A stretch of 64,000 nucleotides of DNA from a virus: IMG/VR virus record IMGVR_UViG_3300027608_000013; one strand, written 5' to 3'. Within the stretch, counting starts at the first letter, position 1. Every line of letters starts with the position of its first letter. This document shows, piece after piece, positions 38,982-48,755 of this stretch. The position numbers and the translations under genes are program-made. The notes below the pieces were generated by a model that saw only the letters and a program-made list of their open reading frames with translations, was not told the DNA's origin and ran no database searches.

Positions 38982-40210
38982 TGCCTAAAACAAATAGAAA
39001 TAATATTGATCGTAAAACGAATAAACCAAATCCTTTAAATTCAGAAGGCGGCATATTTAATGACCCTTTAATAAATAGAGCTGATAATGTACGTAGAGAT
39101 GATGATGTAATTCGATCTAAACAGCGAACACTATATGATATTGATTATGCAATAAAATGGTTTATTGACAATGAAATACAACCACAAATTAAAACAGATC
39201 AAACCTTAATTAATGTCCCGGTAATTTTTGCAAATGGAGAAAAAGCTGATAATGTACGTAGATTAGGATATTTACGTGATGAAAAAGGCAAATTGCAATC
39301 TCCATTAATAATGTTAAAACGCAATTCAGTACAAGAACGAGATAACAATAAAACATTGGATGTTAATAGACAACAATCAGGAAATCATTTTATTCATAAA
39401 CAACGTTACAATAAACGCAATAGATATGAAGACGTATTATTTCCAATACCACAAAGTCAGCCAGTAAATTCACAAGAATTATTTGTAATTGATATTCCAA
39501 AATATGTGACATTGGAATACGAAATGTTGTTGTGGTGTGATTTTTCAACACAAATGAATGATTTAGTTGATCAACTATTACCATATAATCGGTACGGTTG
39601 GGGAAATGAAGGAAATAAATATCATGTTTCTATGGGAAGTACTTCGTTCGAAACCGTAAATACAGTTGGCGAAGATCGTTTAGTACGAGCAACAATTCCA
39701 CTTACTGTATTAGGAACATTGTTGGCTGCACAAGAAACTCGAGTTGATACAATTCGCAAAATGTATTCATTAAAAAAAGTATCATTTGATGTTACGATTG
39801 ATGTTGGCGAATTAAATATATTTTCTACAACACAATTACCACAAGCTATTTTACAATATCAAAGCAATTTGTTAAGTGGCGGAACTATAGTTGTAAACGG
39901 TGGCGGCAGCTCATCTACAATTGATGCAAATGCATTTACGTATTTAATTGCAATAACAGAAAAAACAGGCGTATATGTATCATCCACAACTGTAACTATT
40001 ACAGCTTACGCAAAAGCAAATCCAGTAACATTTGCAGTTGCAACCGTAAATGAATTTGATATATACATTAACGGCCAATACATTGATAAAGCTATATATA
40101 CATGGACTCCTAGTGATGTAGCAACCCAAACCATCACGTTTAATATTGCCTTGTTAGGATATGGTATAGATCCTACCGACATGGTAATTATTAAAGGGAG
40201 ATGGCAATAA
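38981..40210 (+). CDS. Tail terminator/sheath stabiliser (T4 gp15-like) with C-terminal extension
   Basis: VPVIFANGE...PLIMLKR...PKYVTLEYEMLLW; synteny after gp13/gp14. Confidence 0.6.
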   Translation: MPKTNRNNIDRKTNKPNPLNSEGGIFNDPLINRADNVRRDDDVIRSKQRTLYDIDYAIKWFIDNEIQPQIKTDQTLINVPVIFANGEKADNVRRLGYLRDEKGKLQSPLIMLKRNSVQERDNNKTLDVNRQQSGNHFIHKQRYNKRNRYEDVLFPIPQSQPVNSQELFVIDIPKYVTLEYEMLLWCDFSTQMNDLVDQLLPYNRYGWGNEGNKYHVSMGSTSFETVNTVGEDRLVRATIPLTVLGTLLAAQETRVDTIRKMYSLKKVSFDVTIDVGELNIFSTTQLPQAILQYQSNLLSGGTIVVNGGGSSSTIDANAFTYLIAITEKTGVYVSSTTVTITAYAKANPVTFAVATVNEFDIYINGQYIDKAIYTWTPSDVATQTITFNIALLGYGIDPTDMVIIKGRWQ

Positions 40211-42138
40211 TGAGACAGTTTAAACCTGGTCAATTACAAACAGGATCACTATATCCAATATCAGCAAGTTATGCACTTACAGCATCATATGCGTTAGCAG
40301 CTGGGATTGATACTGGCTCTCTAGTAACGACTGCATCATTTAATGCATTCACTGCATCATATACAACCGGATCATTTACAGGTTCATTTCGAGGTGATGG
40401 TTCTCAATTAACTGGAATTGTTTCTTCAAAATGGACTGGTTCAAATCCTATTTCCCGTCAAAGTGATGTTGAGATTACCGGGTCACTGCGAGTACAAGGA
40501 AGCATCACCGGATCTTTATTTGGAACCGCAAGTTGGGCTACAAACGCAATAACTGCTAGTTATGTTAATCCACTCAATCAAAATGTCATTATAACCGGCT
40601 CAGTATACTTATCAACGCCGGGAGTAGCATCTGTATATTTTTCAGGATCGGCTGCAGCAAGTCGATTGGTGTGGAATGACACTGACGGAACACTAGACTT
40701 AGGTTTAAAGGGTGGTAACGTAACTTTACAAGTAGGTCAAGAACAAGTATTAAGAGTAGTAAATAAAACAGCTACAAACATAAATTTATTAGAAGCTAAT
40801 TACCAAGCGGTAAGGGTAACGGGTGCGCAAGGTCAAAGATTAAAAGTAGATTTGGCACAAGCGACAGATGACGCATTAAGTGCTGAAACTATTGGACTTG
40901 TAACTGAAACAATAAACAACAACCAAGAGGGATTTATAACAACAAGCGGTTTAGTTAGGGGTATTAATACTACCGGGACATTGCAAGGTGAAACGTGGGC
41001 AGATGGTGATGTTGTTTATTTAAGTCCAACAACGGCTGGTAATATTACTAATATTAAACCGGTTGCACCCAATCATTTAATTATAATTGGATTTGTTATA
41101 TCAGCACACATAACACAAGGCTCTATATTTGTTAAAGTAGATAATGGCTATGAAATAGATGAGTTACACAATGTACTAATAACAACCGGATCACTTACAG
41201 CAGGACAGCTATTAGTTAGAAGCGGGAGTAATGCAACCGGTGTTTGGGTTAACACAAATCAACTAACCGGATCATATGGCTTAACTGGCTCATTAACTGC
41301 AACATCGTTTACTGGGTCTTACACGGGAGATGGTTCCGGAATATATAATATACCAGCATCGGGAATAATAGGCTTAAATCTATCTCAAATAGTATCGGGT
41401 AGTGCAACTGCATCTATATCTCCTAATACCGGGTTGCAAGTCAATACAAACGTTACAGCTACGTCATTCACAGGTAGTTTATTAGGTACGGCATCATATT
41501 ACGTGGAAACAGATCCAGTATTCACTGCAATATCCGGGTCATTTGTTACTACATCGTCATTTAATACATTTACTAGTTCAATACAAGGACAAGTTAATTC
41601 ATTAACCGCAGCAACATCAAGTTACACGTTAAATAGTGTTACCGCATCAATGTTAGCACCTTATGTATTAACTTCACAAACCGCATCAATGACGGTGTTA
41701 AGTGCATCATATGCGGCAACAGCTTCATTTGTAACATCAAGTAACGTTGTAGGAACAGTAACATCAGCTTCATATGCATTAACGGCATCTTACCTAGAAG
41801 GTGGTGTAACAATTGACACTGGTTCTCTAGTTACCACTGCATCATTTAATGCATTTACCTCATCCTACGCCACCGGATCTTTTACTGGAAGTTTCACCGG
41901 CGATGGATCAGGCCTGACAGGAGTTGGAGCAGCAGAATACATTCGCAGAAGCGATTATACCGGATCTGCAGATCCAAATGTCAATTTACTATATTTAGGA
42001 CAAGCACCTGCAGGTTCTTCAGAAGCAGCAACGGTTTGGAATATCGCAAGGCTGTCCATATCATCATCAGGTGATACTTTAACACAATCAACCGCAAGTG
42101 CTGCGTGGACCAATAGATACTCATATACATATTTATAA
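40201..42138 (+). CDS. Fibre-like virion protein
   Basis: Many TASY/TGSF/GDGS repeats; modular composition. Confidence 0.65.
   Translation: MAIMRQFKPGQLQTGSLYPISASYALTASYALAAGIDTGSLVTTASFNAFTASYTTGSFTGSFRGDGSQLTGIVSSKWTGSNPISRQSDVEITGSLRVQGSITGSLFGTASWATNAITASYVNPLNQNVIITGSVYLSTPGVASVYFSGSAAASRLVWNDTDGTLDLGLKGGNVTLQVGQEQVLRVVNKTATNINLLEANYQAVRVTGAQGQRLKVDLAQATDDALSAETIGLVTETINNNQEGFITTSGLVRGINTTGTLQGETWADGDVVYLSPTTAGNITNIKPVAPNHLIIIGFVISAHITQGSIFVKVDNGYEIDELHNVLITTGSLTAGQLLVRSGSNATGVWVNTNQLTGSYGLTGSLTATSFTGSYTGDGSGIYNIPASGIIGLNLSQIVSGSATASISPNTGLQVNTNVTATSFTGSLLGTASYYVETDPVFTAISGSFVTTSSFNTFTSSIQGQVNSLTAATSSYTLNSVTASMLAPYVLTSQTASMTVLSASYAATASFVTSSNVVGTVTSASYALTASYLEGGVTIDTGSLVTTASFNAFTSSYATGSFTGSFTGDGSGLTGVGAAEYIRRSDYTGSADPNVNLLYLGQAPAGSSEAATVWNIARLSISSSGDTLTQSTASAAWTNRYSYTYL
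40261..40416 (+). repeat. Diverged direct repeat, copy 1 (copy 2 at 41764-41922)
   Basis: Both encode SASYALTASY...IDTGSLVTTASFNAFTxSYxTGSFTGSFxGDGSxLTG. Confidence 0.85.
41764..41922 (+). repeat. Diverged direct repeat, copy 2
   Basis: See copy 1 at 40261-40416. Confidence 0.85.
42129..42137 (+). promoter_or_regulatory. Putative late promoter motif (fibre paralog array)
   Basis: ATATTTATA in the last codons of the upstream gene. Confidence 0.5.
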
Positions 42139-42152
42139 TAAAGGAATATGTT

Positions 42153-42443
42153 ATGCCAATTCAATCCACTAACCCAATTGTAGTAGACGGTGTTGAATAC
42201 CCATACTATACTGTAAACCTAGCAATTTCTCCTATAGTTCGAGAAACCGAAGTAGGAGCAAGTGTTGCAATGCGATTAACTCCGTACCGTGAAACACCGG
42301 AAGGTGTTACTGATGTATTGCAAGGACATGATCGTCCCGTAGTGTATTTGGATGTATTTGAATCTGAAGATATGCCGGCTGAAACGGCCGCATATAATAT
42401 ACTTGGAACCATACAACAATTCATCATAGAAAAAGGATTGTAA
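42153..42443 (+). CDS. Small hypothetical protein preceding the fibre paralog array
   Basis: 96 aa; late motif and AAGGA upstream. Confidence 0.5.
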   Translation: MPIQSTNPIVVDGVEYPYYTVNLAISPIVRETEVGASVAMRLTPYRETPEGVTDVLQGHDRPVVYLDVFESEDMPAETAAYNILGTIQQFIIEKGL

Positions 42444-43916
42444 ATGGCAAATCGTTGGCCTATAGCATCAGGTAATTGGAGTGATACTGCAATATGGTCG
42501 GGTTCAATAAAACCTACAGCCGCTGATGATGTGTACGCTAACAATCAAACTGTTTACGTTAATGAAAATATAACAGTATTAACATTACGTAATGCTTCAA
42601 TTTCCGGAGTAACATTGGGTGGTGCATTTTATATCAATAATGCAATTACAGCATCAACAACTGCAGCAAATGGTTTAATAAGCCAAATTGCAAGTACTCC
42701 TTTAGTTTACGTTACCGGTTCCGCTAATGCTAGAATCAATTCAACCATGAATAACACTACTGGTATAAAAATTAGAATGCAAGATTCTGCAACATTAACC
42801 GTAAGCGGAACATTATATGGAGGAGACACTACAAATGCATATAGTGTATTACATGTTTCAACGGGTAATTTATTTATCACAGGCAATTTAACTTGTGGAT
42901 CTAGCACCAACATGCCAGCTGTATATATGTCCGGGGCAGGGGGTACTTATATTTTAGGTAATGTTACTGGAAATGTAGGACATTGTTTTGAAAATATAGG
43001 TAGTGGTGAAATTGTTGTAAATGGGAATGTAACAGCTGGAGGGTTTAGTAATGGCACAGGTATAAGAAATTCAGGAACAGGAAATGTAAGTATATATGGT
43101 ATCCTTTTGGCATCTGCTACAAATTCACCCTTACAAAATTCAGGAACAGGTAACATATTTGTTTCTGGTACTATATTTGGGGGTGGTAATAACGGGCCCG
43201 GTATATCTAATACATCAACCGGTAATATTACTATAATAGGTATTGTTAGTGGTAGTACTACAGTTTCAAACCCAAATCCGGGAATTTCAAATGCAACAGG
43301 AACAATTCAAGTAACCGGCAGCATAGTTGGTGCAAGAGCTGCAGGTATATCAACTACAGGGGATTTATATGTAACTGGCTCGGTATATGGAGGCGTAGCT
43401 GCCGCAGGTATATCTACAACCTCTGCTAGAACTTACATAATTAAAGGTCCTATACATGCTGGATCTGGTTCAAACGGCGTATCATCAACATCAACAACAG
43501 CAACCAACTTCTTTACTGGACCATTCTACAATACCGGTTCATTTAACGCAGTATATGCATATCGTATGCAAATGTTAAGTACTTCATCACAATGGAGGTT
43601 CGATACAGAAACAGCAGGTGTATCAAAAACACTTTACACTTCAAATCAATTACCTGGAGTACCTCAACAAACTAATGTGCGACAAGGAACAACATATAAT
43701 TTTGGATTAACTGGCTCACTTGCAATGCCTGATCCAACCACAGTAAAACAAGGAGTTGCTGTCGACAATACAACAGGTTCTGCTATTTTAACCCCACAAG
43801 ATATGTTTAATGTAGCAACACAAACGTTAACTGCTTCGGGTAGTATAGGAACATTATTAACCGGGGCCTCCACTGTGCAAACAGTAGGAGCTACCATATC
43901 ATCATTTAAAGTATAA
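42444..43916 (+). CDS. Beta-helical fibre/spike-like protein, paralog 1
   Basis: N-terminal RWPIASGNWSDTAIWSGS..PTAADDV; repeated NxxTGxIxVxGx turns; shared C-terminus. Confidence 0.6.
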   Translation: MANRWPIASGNWSDTAIWSGSIKPTAADDVYANNQTVYVNENITVLTLRNASISGVTLGGAFYINNAITASTTAANGLISQIASTPLVYVTGSANARINSTMNNTTGIKIRMQDSATLTVSGTLYGGDTTNAYSVLHVSTGNLFITGNLTCGSSTNMPAVYMSGAGGTYILGNVTGNVGHCFENIGSGEIVVNGNVTAGGFSNGTGIRNSGTGNVSIYGILLASATNSPLQNSGTGNIFVSGTIFGGGNNGPGISNTSTGNITIIGIVSGSTTVSNPNPGISNATGTIQVTGSIVGARAAGISTTGDLYVTGSVYGGVAAAGISTTSARTYIIKGPIHAGSGSNGVSSTSTTATNFFTGPFYNTGSFNAVYAYRMQMLSTSSQWRFDTETAGVSKTLYTSNQLPGVPQQTNVRQGTTYNFGLTGSLAMPDPTTVKQGVAVDNTTGSAILTPQDMFNVATQTLTASGSIGTLLTGASTVQTVGATISSFKV

Positions 43917-43918
43917 TT

Positions 43919-45313
43919 ATGCCAAATAGATGGCCCATATCATCAGGAAATTGGAGTAATGCTGCCATATGGTCTGGGTCATTGATACCCACTGCTTCAG
44001 ATGATGTGTTTACAAACAACCAAATTGTGTTTGTTGATACAGACGTAACTATTAGAAGCGTACGAAACTCAGCAACAGGAAGTGCCATAGCAAGTGCAGC
44101 ACAAGCCAATTGTTTTTATTTAAACAACGGAATAACTTTAACAGCTAACGCTGGAGGTGTAATTGGTGCAGTTACTAATGCTTCATTCTTCCCAACAATT
44201 ATAGTTTCTGGATCCGCTTCTGCTACGATCATAGGGAACATAACATCGCAAAATGCTATATCAACCGCAAATGCAATATTGCTACTTAATGGGGCTTCAT
44301 TGACTATAACAGGAAGTGTTACGCCGGGAACAAATGATACGCAGCCTCAACAACGAACTATCAGATCAACATCCACGGGATCACTACGCATATCCGGATC
44401 GATTAATAACGGTGGCGGTACATATTTTGGATCTACCATATGGTTACAAGCTGCAACTCAGGTTAATATTGTTGGAACTGTATCTGGAAGCATTAATGCG
44501 TCTGGTTTTTATACAATTGAAAGTAGTGCGGCTGCTGTAGTTACAATAACTGGAAGTATTGTAGGATCGCCCGTACAGGCTGTTGCTGTCCTAGGAAATT
44601 TATCCACCGGTACATTCATCATATCAGGTAGTGTAACATCAGGAGCTGGGGGTCTAGGAATACTTAATAATTCTACTGGTACTATTATTGTTACAGGAAG
44701 CGTAACTGCAGTTAGTGGATATGCAATTAATAATGCCTCAACAGGAACAGTAAGTGTACTAGGTAACGTAAAAGCTGGAACTACTAATTCTGGAATCATA
44801 TCAACAACAGCTGGAAGAATAACAGTTATAGGCTCAATATCATCTAGCATAGCATTCCCAGGTGTACAATCAACATCAGCAACAGCAACAAACCTATTCA
44901 CAGGTCCATTCTATAACGTCAACAACCGAAACGCAGTATTTGCCCCAAACATACAACTTATATCAGGTTCAACTCCAACATGGACCTTTGACACAGAAAC
45001 ATATGGAGAACAAAGAACACTTTACACAGCAAATTATCCCGGGAATTTTCCTGCTACCTCAAACGTAAGACAAGGAACCACGTTTGGAGATACCAACCAA
45101 TATACGGGCGTTGTAGCTATTCCATCTACCGGTTCTGTGCTTCGAGGAGTACCCGTAGATAACGTAACCGGTTCTGCTTCATTTACAACACAAAATGTTT
45201 GGAGCACACCAACAAGCAGTTTAACTGATTCAAATAGTTTAGGATCACGTTTACGCAACACAGCAACAGTTGCAACAGACGGAATATTAATTGCATTAAC
45301 AGGAAGTTTATAA
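43919..45313 (+). CDS. Beta-helical fibre/spike-like protein, paralog 2
   Basis: Same N- and C-terminal motifs as paralog 1. Confidence 0.6.
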   Translation: MPNRWPISSGNWSNAAIWSGSLIPTASDDVFTNNQIVFVDTDVTIRSVRNSATGSAIASAAQANCFYLNNGITLTANAGGVIGAVTNASFFPTIIVSGSASATIIGNITSQNAISTANAILLLNGASLTITGSVTPGTNDTQPQQRTIRSTSTGSLRISGSINNGGGTYFGSTIWLQAATQVNIVGTVSGSINASGFYTIESSAAAVVTITGSIVGSPVQAVAVLGNLSTGTFIISGSVTSGAGGLGILNNSTGTIIVTGSVTAVSGYAINNASTGTVSVLGNVKAGTTNSGIISTTAGRITVIGSISSSIAFPGVQSTSATATNLFTGPFYNVNNRNAVFAPNIQLISGSTPTWTFDTETYGEQRTLYTANYPGNFPATSNVRQGTTFGDTNQYTGVVAIPSTGSVLRGVPVDNVTGSASFTTQNVWSTPTSSLTDSNSLGSRLRNTATVATDGILIALTGSL

Positions 45314-45314
45314 T

Positions 45315-47141
45315 ATGTCAGTAAGATACGCGGTAGCAAGTAGTGTATGGAGTAGCGGATCTACTTGGGATAATGAGGCAGTACCAACTTCTGTAGATAA
45401 CGTATATGCAAATGGATTTAATATAACGTTAGACCAAAATATCAATGTATCGCAGCTTACTAATATACTAAGCCCAGCACGTGTTCCTGCATTAGCAACA
45501 CCAGCAATGACTTCAAATACTACTCCTTCTGGAGTTGCTTTTGCTAGTGCTGGGGCAAATGCAACCATTGCATTTCAATCTTTTGACCAAAATCAGGGTA
45601 CATTTTGGCAAAGCAATACTACAGTTACAGGAATAATAGGTTATCAATTTCCTACCGGTAAAATTATAAAACAATATGGATTTTTTACTTGGAGCTCAGC
45701 AGCATTTAATCCTACAGCATGGACATTTCAGGGAAGTAATGATGGAATATCTTATACTACAATAGAAACAGTAACAGGTTTTGTATCCACTATAAATACT
45801 TGGTACATTAGAAATGTAACAGCAAACACAACATCATATACTTATTATCGCATGAATATAACTGCCTGTGGATCAACACCAGTTATAGCAGAACTTCAAA
45901 TGACTGAAAGTACAGGAAGTGTGTATGGAACTATTGGTAGTGGTTCATTTATATCAACTGATGGTATTCAAGTAGCTGTCTCAACAGGTTCTACTGCAGC
46001 AACATATGGTATTTATGCTGGTACTGGAGGCGTTGCTGGAACACATACGGGATGTCTTGTTATAACAGGTTCACATTTTGTAGGTATAACCGGAAGTATA
46101 GTAGGTGGGAGTGGTACGGGTGTAGCAGGGCAAAATAAACATGGTCTTTTAATTACAAATGGTGGTACCGGGAGTATCATAGGAAAAAGTTACGGTGGTC
46201 AAGTACAAAACTTAGTTACATCCGCAAATAATTATGGTATTTTTGTAATATCCGGCAGTGTTACTGTAACAGGAAGTTTAATTGGTGGTACATCAAATGA
46301 ATGTGTTGCATTAAGTATATTAAATGGTACATCAAGTATTTCTGGAACTTTGCAACTTAATGGATTTGCTTCACCGTTGATTGTTGGAGCAGGAAATGCA
46401 CAAGTTAATTTTACCGGAATACCAGTACCAATTGCGGCCGGCGGAATTTATGCAAATGTAACAGCAATAAAAGTTTCTGGAAATAACACCGGTGTAATAA
46501 ATTACAATGGACCAGTAATAGCAGCACAAGTACCAGGAATTCGATTAACTGCAGGAACAATGACTGTAAATATTACTGGAAGTGTTTCATCTCAAGGTTT
46601 AGGTAATGCAGTTGATTCTGCAATTATATCATCAGTAGCTAGTACAATTAACATAAGTGGTTCAATAACAGCGGCGCCAAATGCACCAGCGATACAATCA
46701 ACTTCCACATCCGGCTTAGTTCGAGTAACAGGACCATTAATTAACCAAAATAATTACCCAGCAATTTTTTCACCTAAAATTCAACTTGTATCCACATCAA
46801 CTCCAACCTACACTTTACAAACAGATACACTTTTTAAAAATATAATACTTTACGATACATCATTCACCTCAAGTTTGCCCGCTCAAAACAATGTACGAAG
46901 TGGAAGTCTATATGGCGGATCAAATGAATTTTCTGGTTCAATGTCTGTACCATCCGCATCCAATGTACGATATGGAGTACCGATAGATAATGTAACGGGA
47001 TCAGCTACATTAACCCCACAAGATATTTTAACGTATGCAGTATCAAGTTTAACCGGATCAAATACAATTGGAGCTCGTTTACAAAATATAGCAACAGTAC
47101 AAACCACAGCAGCAACCATTGCTGCATTTAAAGGAAAATAA
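45315..47141 (+). CDS. Beta-helical fibre/spike-like protein, paralog 3, with inserted discoidin/F5-8C-like domain
   Basis: Insert with PAMTSNTTPSG...FDQNQGTFW...PTAWTFQGSNDG...YTYYRMNIT...IAELQM. Confidence 0.6.
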   Translation: MSVRYAVASSVWSSGSTWDNEAVPTSVDNVYANGFNITLDQNINVSQLTNILSPARVPALATPAMTSNTTPSGVAFASAGANATIAFQSFDQNQGTFWQSNTTVTGIIGYQFPTGKIIKQYGFFTWSSAAFNPTAWTFQGSNDGISYTTIETVTGFVSTINTWYIRNVTANTTSYTYYRMNITACGSTPVIAELQMTESTGSVYGTIGSGSFISTDGIQVAVSTGSTAATYGIYAGTGGVAGTHTGCLVITGSHFVGITGSIVGGSGTGVAGQNKHGLLITNGGTGSIIGKSYGGQVQNLVTSANNYGIFVISGSVTVTGSLIGGTSNECVALSILNGTSSISGTLQLNGFASPLIVGAGNAQVNFTGIPVPIAAGGIYANVTAIKVSGNNTGVINYNGPVIAAQVPGIRLTAGTMTVNITGSVSSQGLGNAVDSAIISSVASTINISGSITAAPNAPAIQSTSTSGLVRVTGPLINQNNYPAIFSPKIQLVSTSTPTYTLQTDTLFKNIILYDTSFTSSLPAQNNVRSGSLYGGSNEFSGSMSVPSASNVRYGVPIDNVTGSATLTPQDILTYAVSSLTGSNTIGARLQNIATVQTTAATIAAFKGK

Positions 47142-47142
47142 T

Positions 47143-48387
47143 ATGCCAAATAGATGGCCCATAAATTCGGGAAGTTGGAGTGATGCTACAATTTGGAGTG
47201 GTAGTTTGATACCTACGGCTTCAGATGATGTATTCATGAACAACCAAATTGTTATATTGGATCAAAACGTAACAGTAACTAGTATTAGAAATATAGCAAC
47301 AGGTAGTGCCATAGCGGGTGGTAGAATTGAAATATATGGGAATTTTAACATATCCGCATCATTTATTCGTTCCGGAGCAAATACTTCTACTTCTCCAACT
47401 GGTACAGGTCCTGGTTTAATATCATTTTACGGAACCGGATCTTCTACAATTACATCACGATTAAATAGTGGGAGTGGTGAGACTGGACCTACTATATTTA
47501 ACGGATCAACTGGTATACTTAACATAGTAGGCAACATTTTTAATCCATTAGGAGGTGGTCAATCAACAGCTGTACTAAATGATACGACCGGAATAATTAA
47601 CATAATTGGAAACATAACAGGTTTAAGCAACTTTGCATCTGTCGCAGTAGTTAACAATTATGGTACTATTAATGTAACAGGAAATATTACTGCAGGTAGT
47701 AATAATATAGGTTACTCAGTAATCATGAATCAAAATACAGGAATTGTTAATGTAACAGGAAATTTATTTGGTACACCGGATGGGTTTGTAAATACCGCTT
47801 TTGCTGCCATCGCTCACAACAGTGTTAATACAGTCAATATTACCGGAAATGTTCAAGGAGTAACATCAGTAGGTATTCAATCAGGAAATGCCAACACCAT
47901 TTCCATTGTAGGCCAATGTCTTGCATCTTTAACCGCAAACGCAGTCCAATCAACTAACACAACATCAACCAACGTATTCTCCGGCCCATTCATTAATTCC
48001 GGATCTAAAAACGCAATATATTGCTATAACGTACGAATGTATGATGATGTAACAACACGTTACACAATTGGCGTATCTGGTTCAACCAATACAATTTCAC
48101 TTTTATCACCAGATCAAGTTACGGGAGTACCTTCGGGTTCCGATGTTAGAGTAGGCGTAATTTATGGACCTGGAAACGAATTAACCGGTTCAATGGCAGT
48201 ACCAAACCAAAATTCGGTAGCATATGGCGTACCTGTAGATAATACCGTTGGTTCTGCTCTAGTTAATCCGGAAGATTTATGGAATTTTGCTTTAACTTCC
48301 CTAACAGCATCCAATTCAATAGGACAACGTTTAGCAAACACTGCAACATCTGCTTCTAATGCTGCTATTGTAACGGCATTTACATGA
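47143..48387 (+). CDS. Beta-helical fibre/spike-like protein, paralog 4
   Basis: MPNRWPINSGSWSDATIWSGSLIPTASDDV; start reassigned to 47143 by alignment with the paralogs. Confidence 0.6.
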   Translation: MPNRWPINSGSWSDATIWSGSLIPTASDDVFMNNQIVILDQNVTVTSIRNIATGSAIAGGRIEIYGNFNISASFIRSGANTSTSPTGTGPGLISFYGTGSSTITSRLNSGSGETGPTIFNGSTGILNIVGNIFNPLGGGQSTAVLNDTTGIINIIGNITGLSNFASVAVVNNYGTINVTGNITAGSNNIGYSVIMNQNTGIVNVTGNLFGTPDGFVNTAFAAIAHNSVNTVNITGNVQGVTSVGIQSGNANTISIVGQCLASLTANAVQSTNTTSTNVFSGPFINSGSKNAIYCYNVRMYDDVTTRYTIGVSGSTNTISLLSPDQVTGVPSGSDVRVGVIYGPGNELTGSMAVPNQNSVAYGVPVDNTVGSALVNPEDLWNFALTSLTASNSIGQRLANTATSASNAAIVTAFT

Positions 48388-48388
48388 T

Positions 48389-48417
48389 TTGGATAATTGA
48401 AATAATTTTCTTATAAT
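48389..48417 (+). promoter_or_regulatory. Sigma70-type promoter
   Basis: TTGGAT-N17-TATAAT. Confidence 0.75.
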
Positions 48418-48437
48418 AAATAAAAAAGGAACAAGTT

Positions 48438-48719
48438 ATGACCAGAAAACTGGATAAAGAACATTTAGAAGAAATACAAGCGCTTCGAGAACAATTTGCT
48501 AGAAATGCAAACATACTTGGAAACATTGCAATCGAAATGTATGCAACTCGCAAACAATTAGAACAACTAGAAACCGAACAAGAAACATATTTGCAAGAAT
48601 TTGAACGACTTCAACAAGAAGAAACTGCATTAATTCAAACAATGCGAGACCGTTACGGCGAAGGCCAAATCAACGTTGCAGATGGTACATTCACACCTGA
48701 TACAGGTTTGCCCCAATAA
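48438..48719 (+). CDS. Small coiled-coil hypothetical protein
   Basis: 93 aa, heptad-rich; has its own promoter and AAGGA. Confidence 0.55.
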   Translation: MTRKLDKEHLEEIQALREQFARNANILGNIAIEMYATRKQLEQLETEQETYLQEFERLQQEETALIQTMRDRYGEGQINVADGTFTPDTGLPQ

Positions 48720-48723
48720 CGGC

Positions 48724-48732
48724 ATATTTATT
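48724..48732 (+). promoter_or_regulatory. Putative late promoter motif (sheath)
   Basis: ATATTTATT, intergenic. Confidence 0.6.
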
Positions 48733-48755
48733 AAAAAAAATCATAGGAGTTTAAA

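Noticed and set aside
40261-48387. Diversity-generating retroelement (template/variable repeat pair)
   Set aside because: The repeat differences are mostly synonymous and not adenine-specific, and there is no reverse transcriptase in the window.
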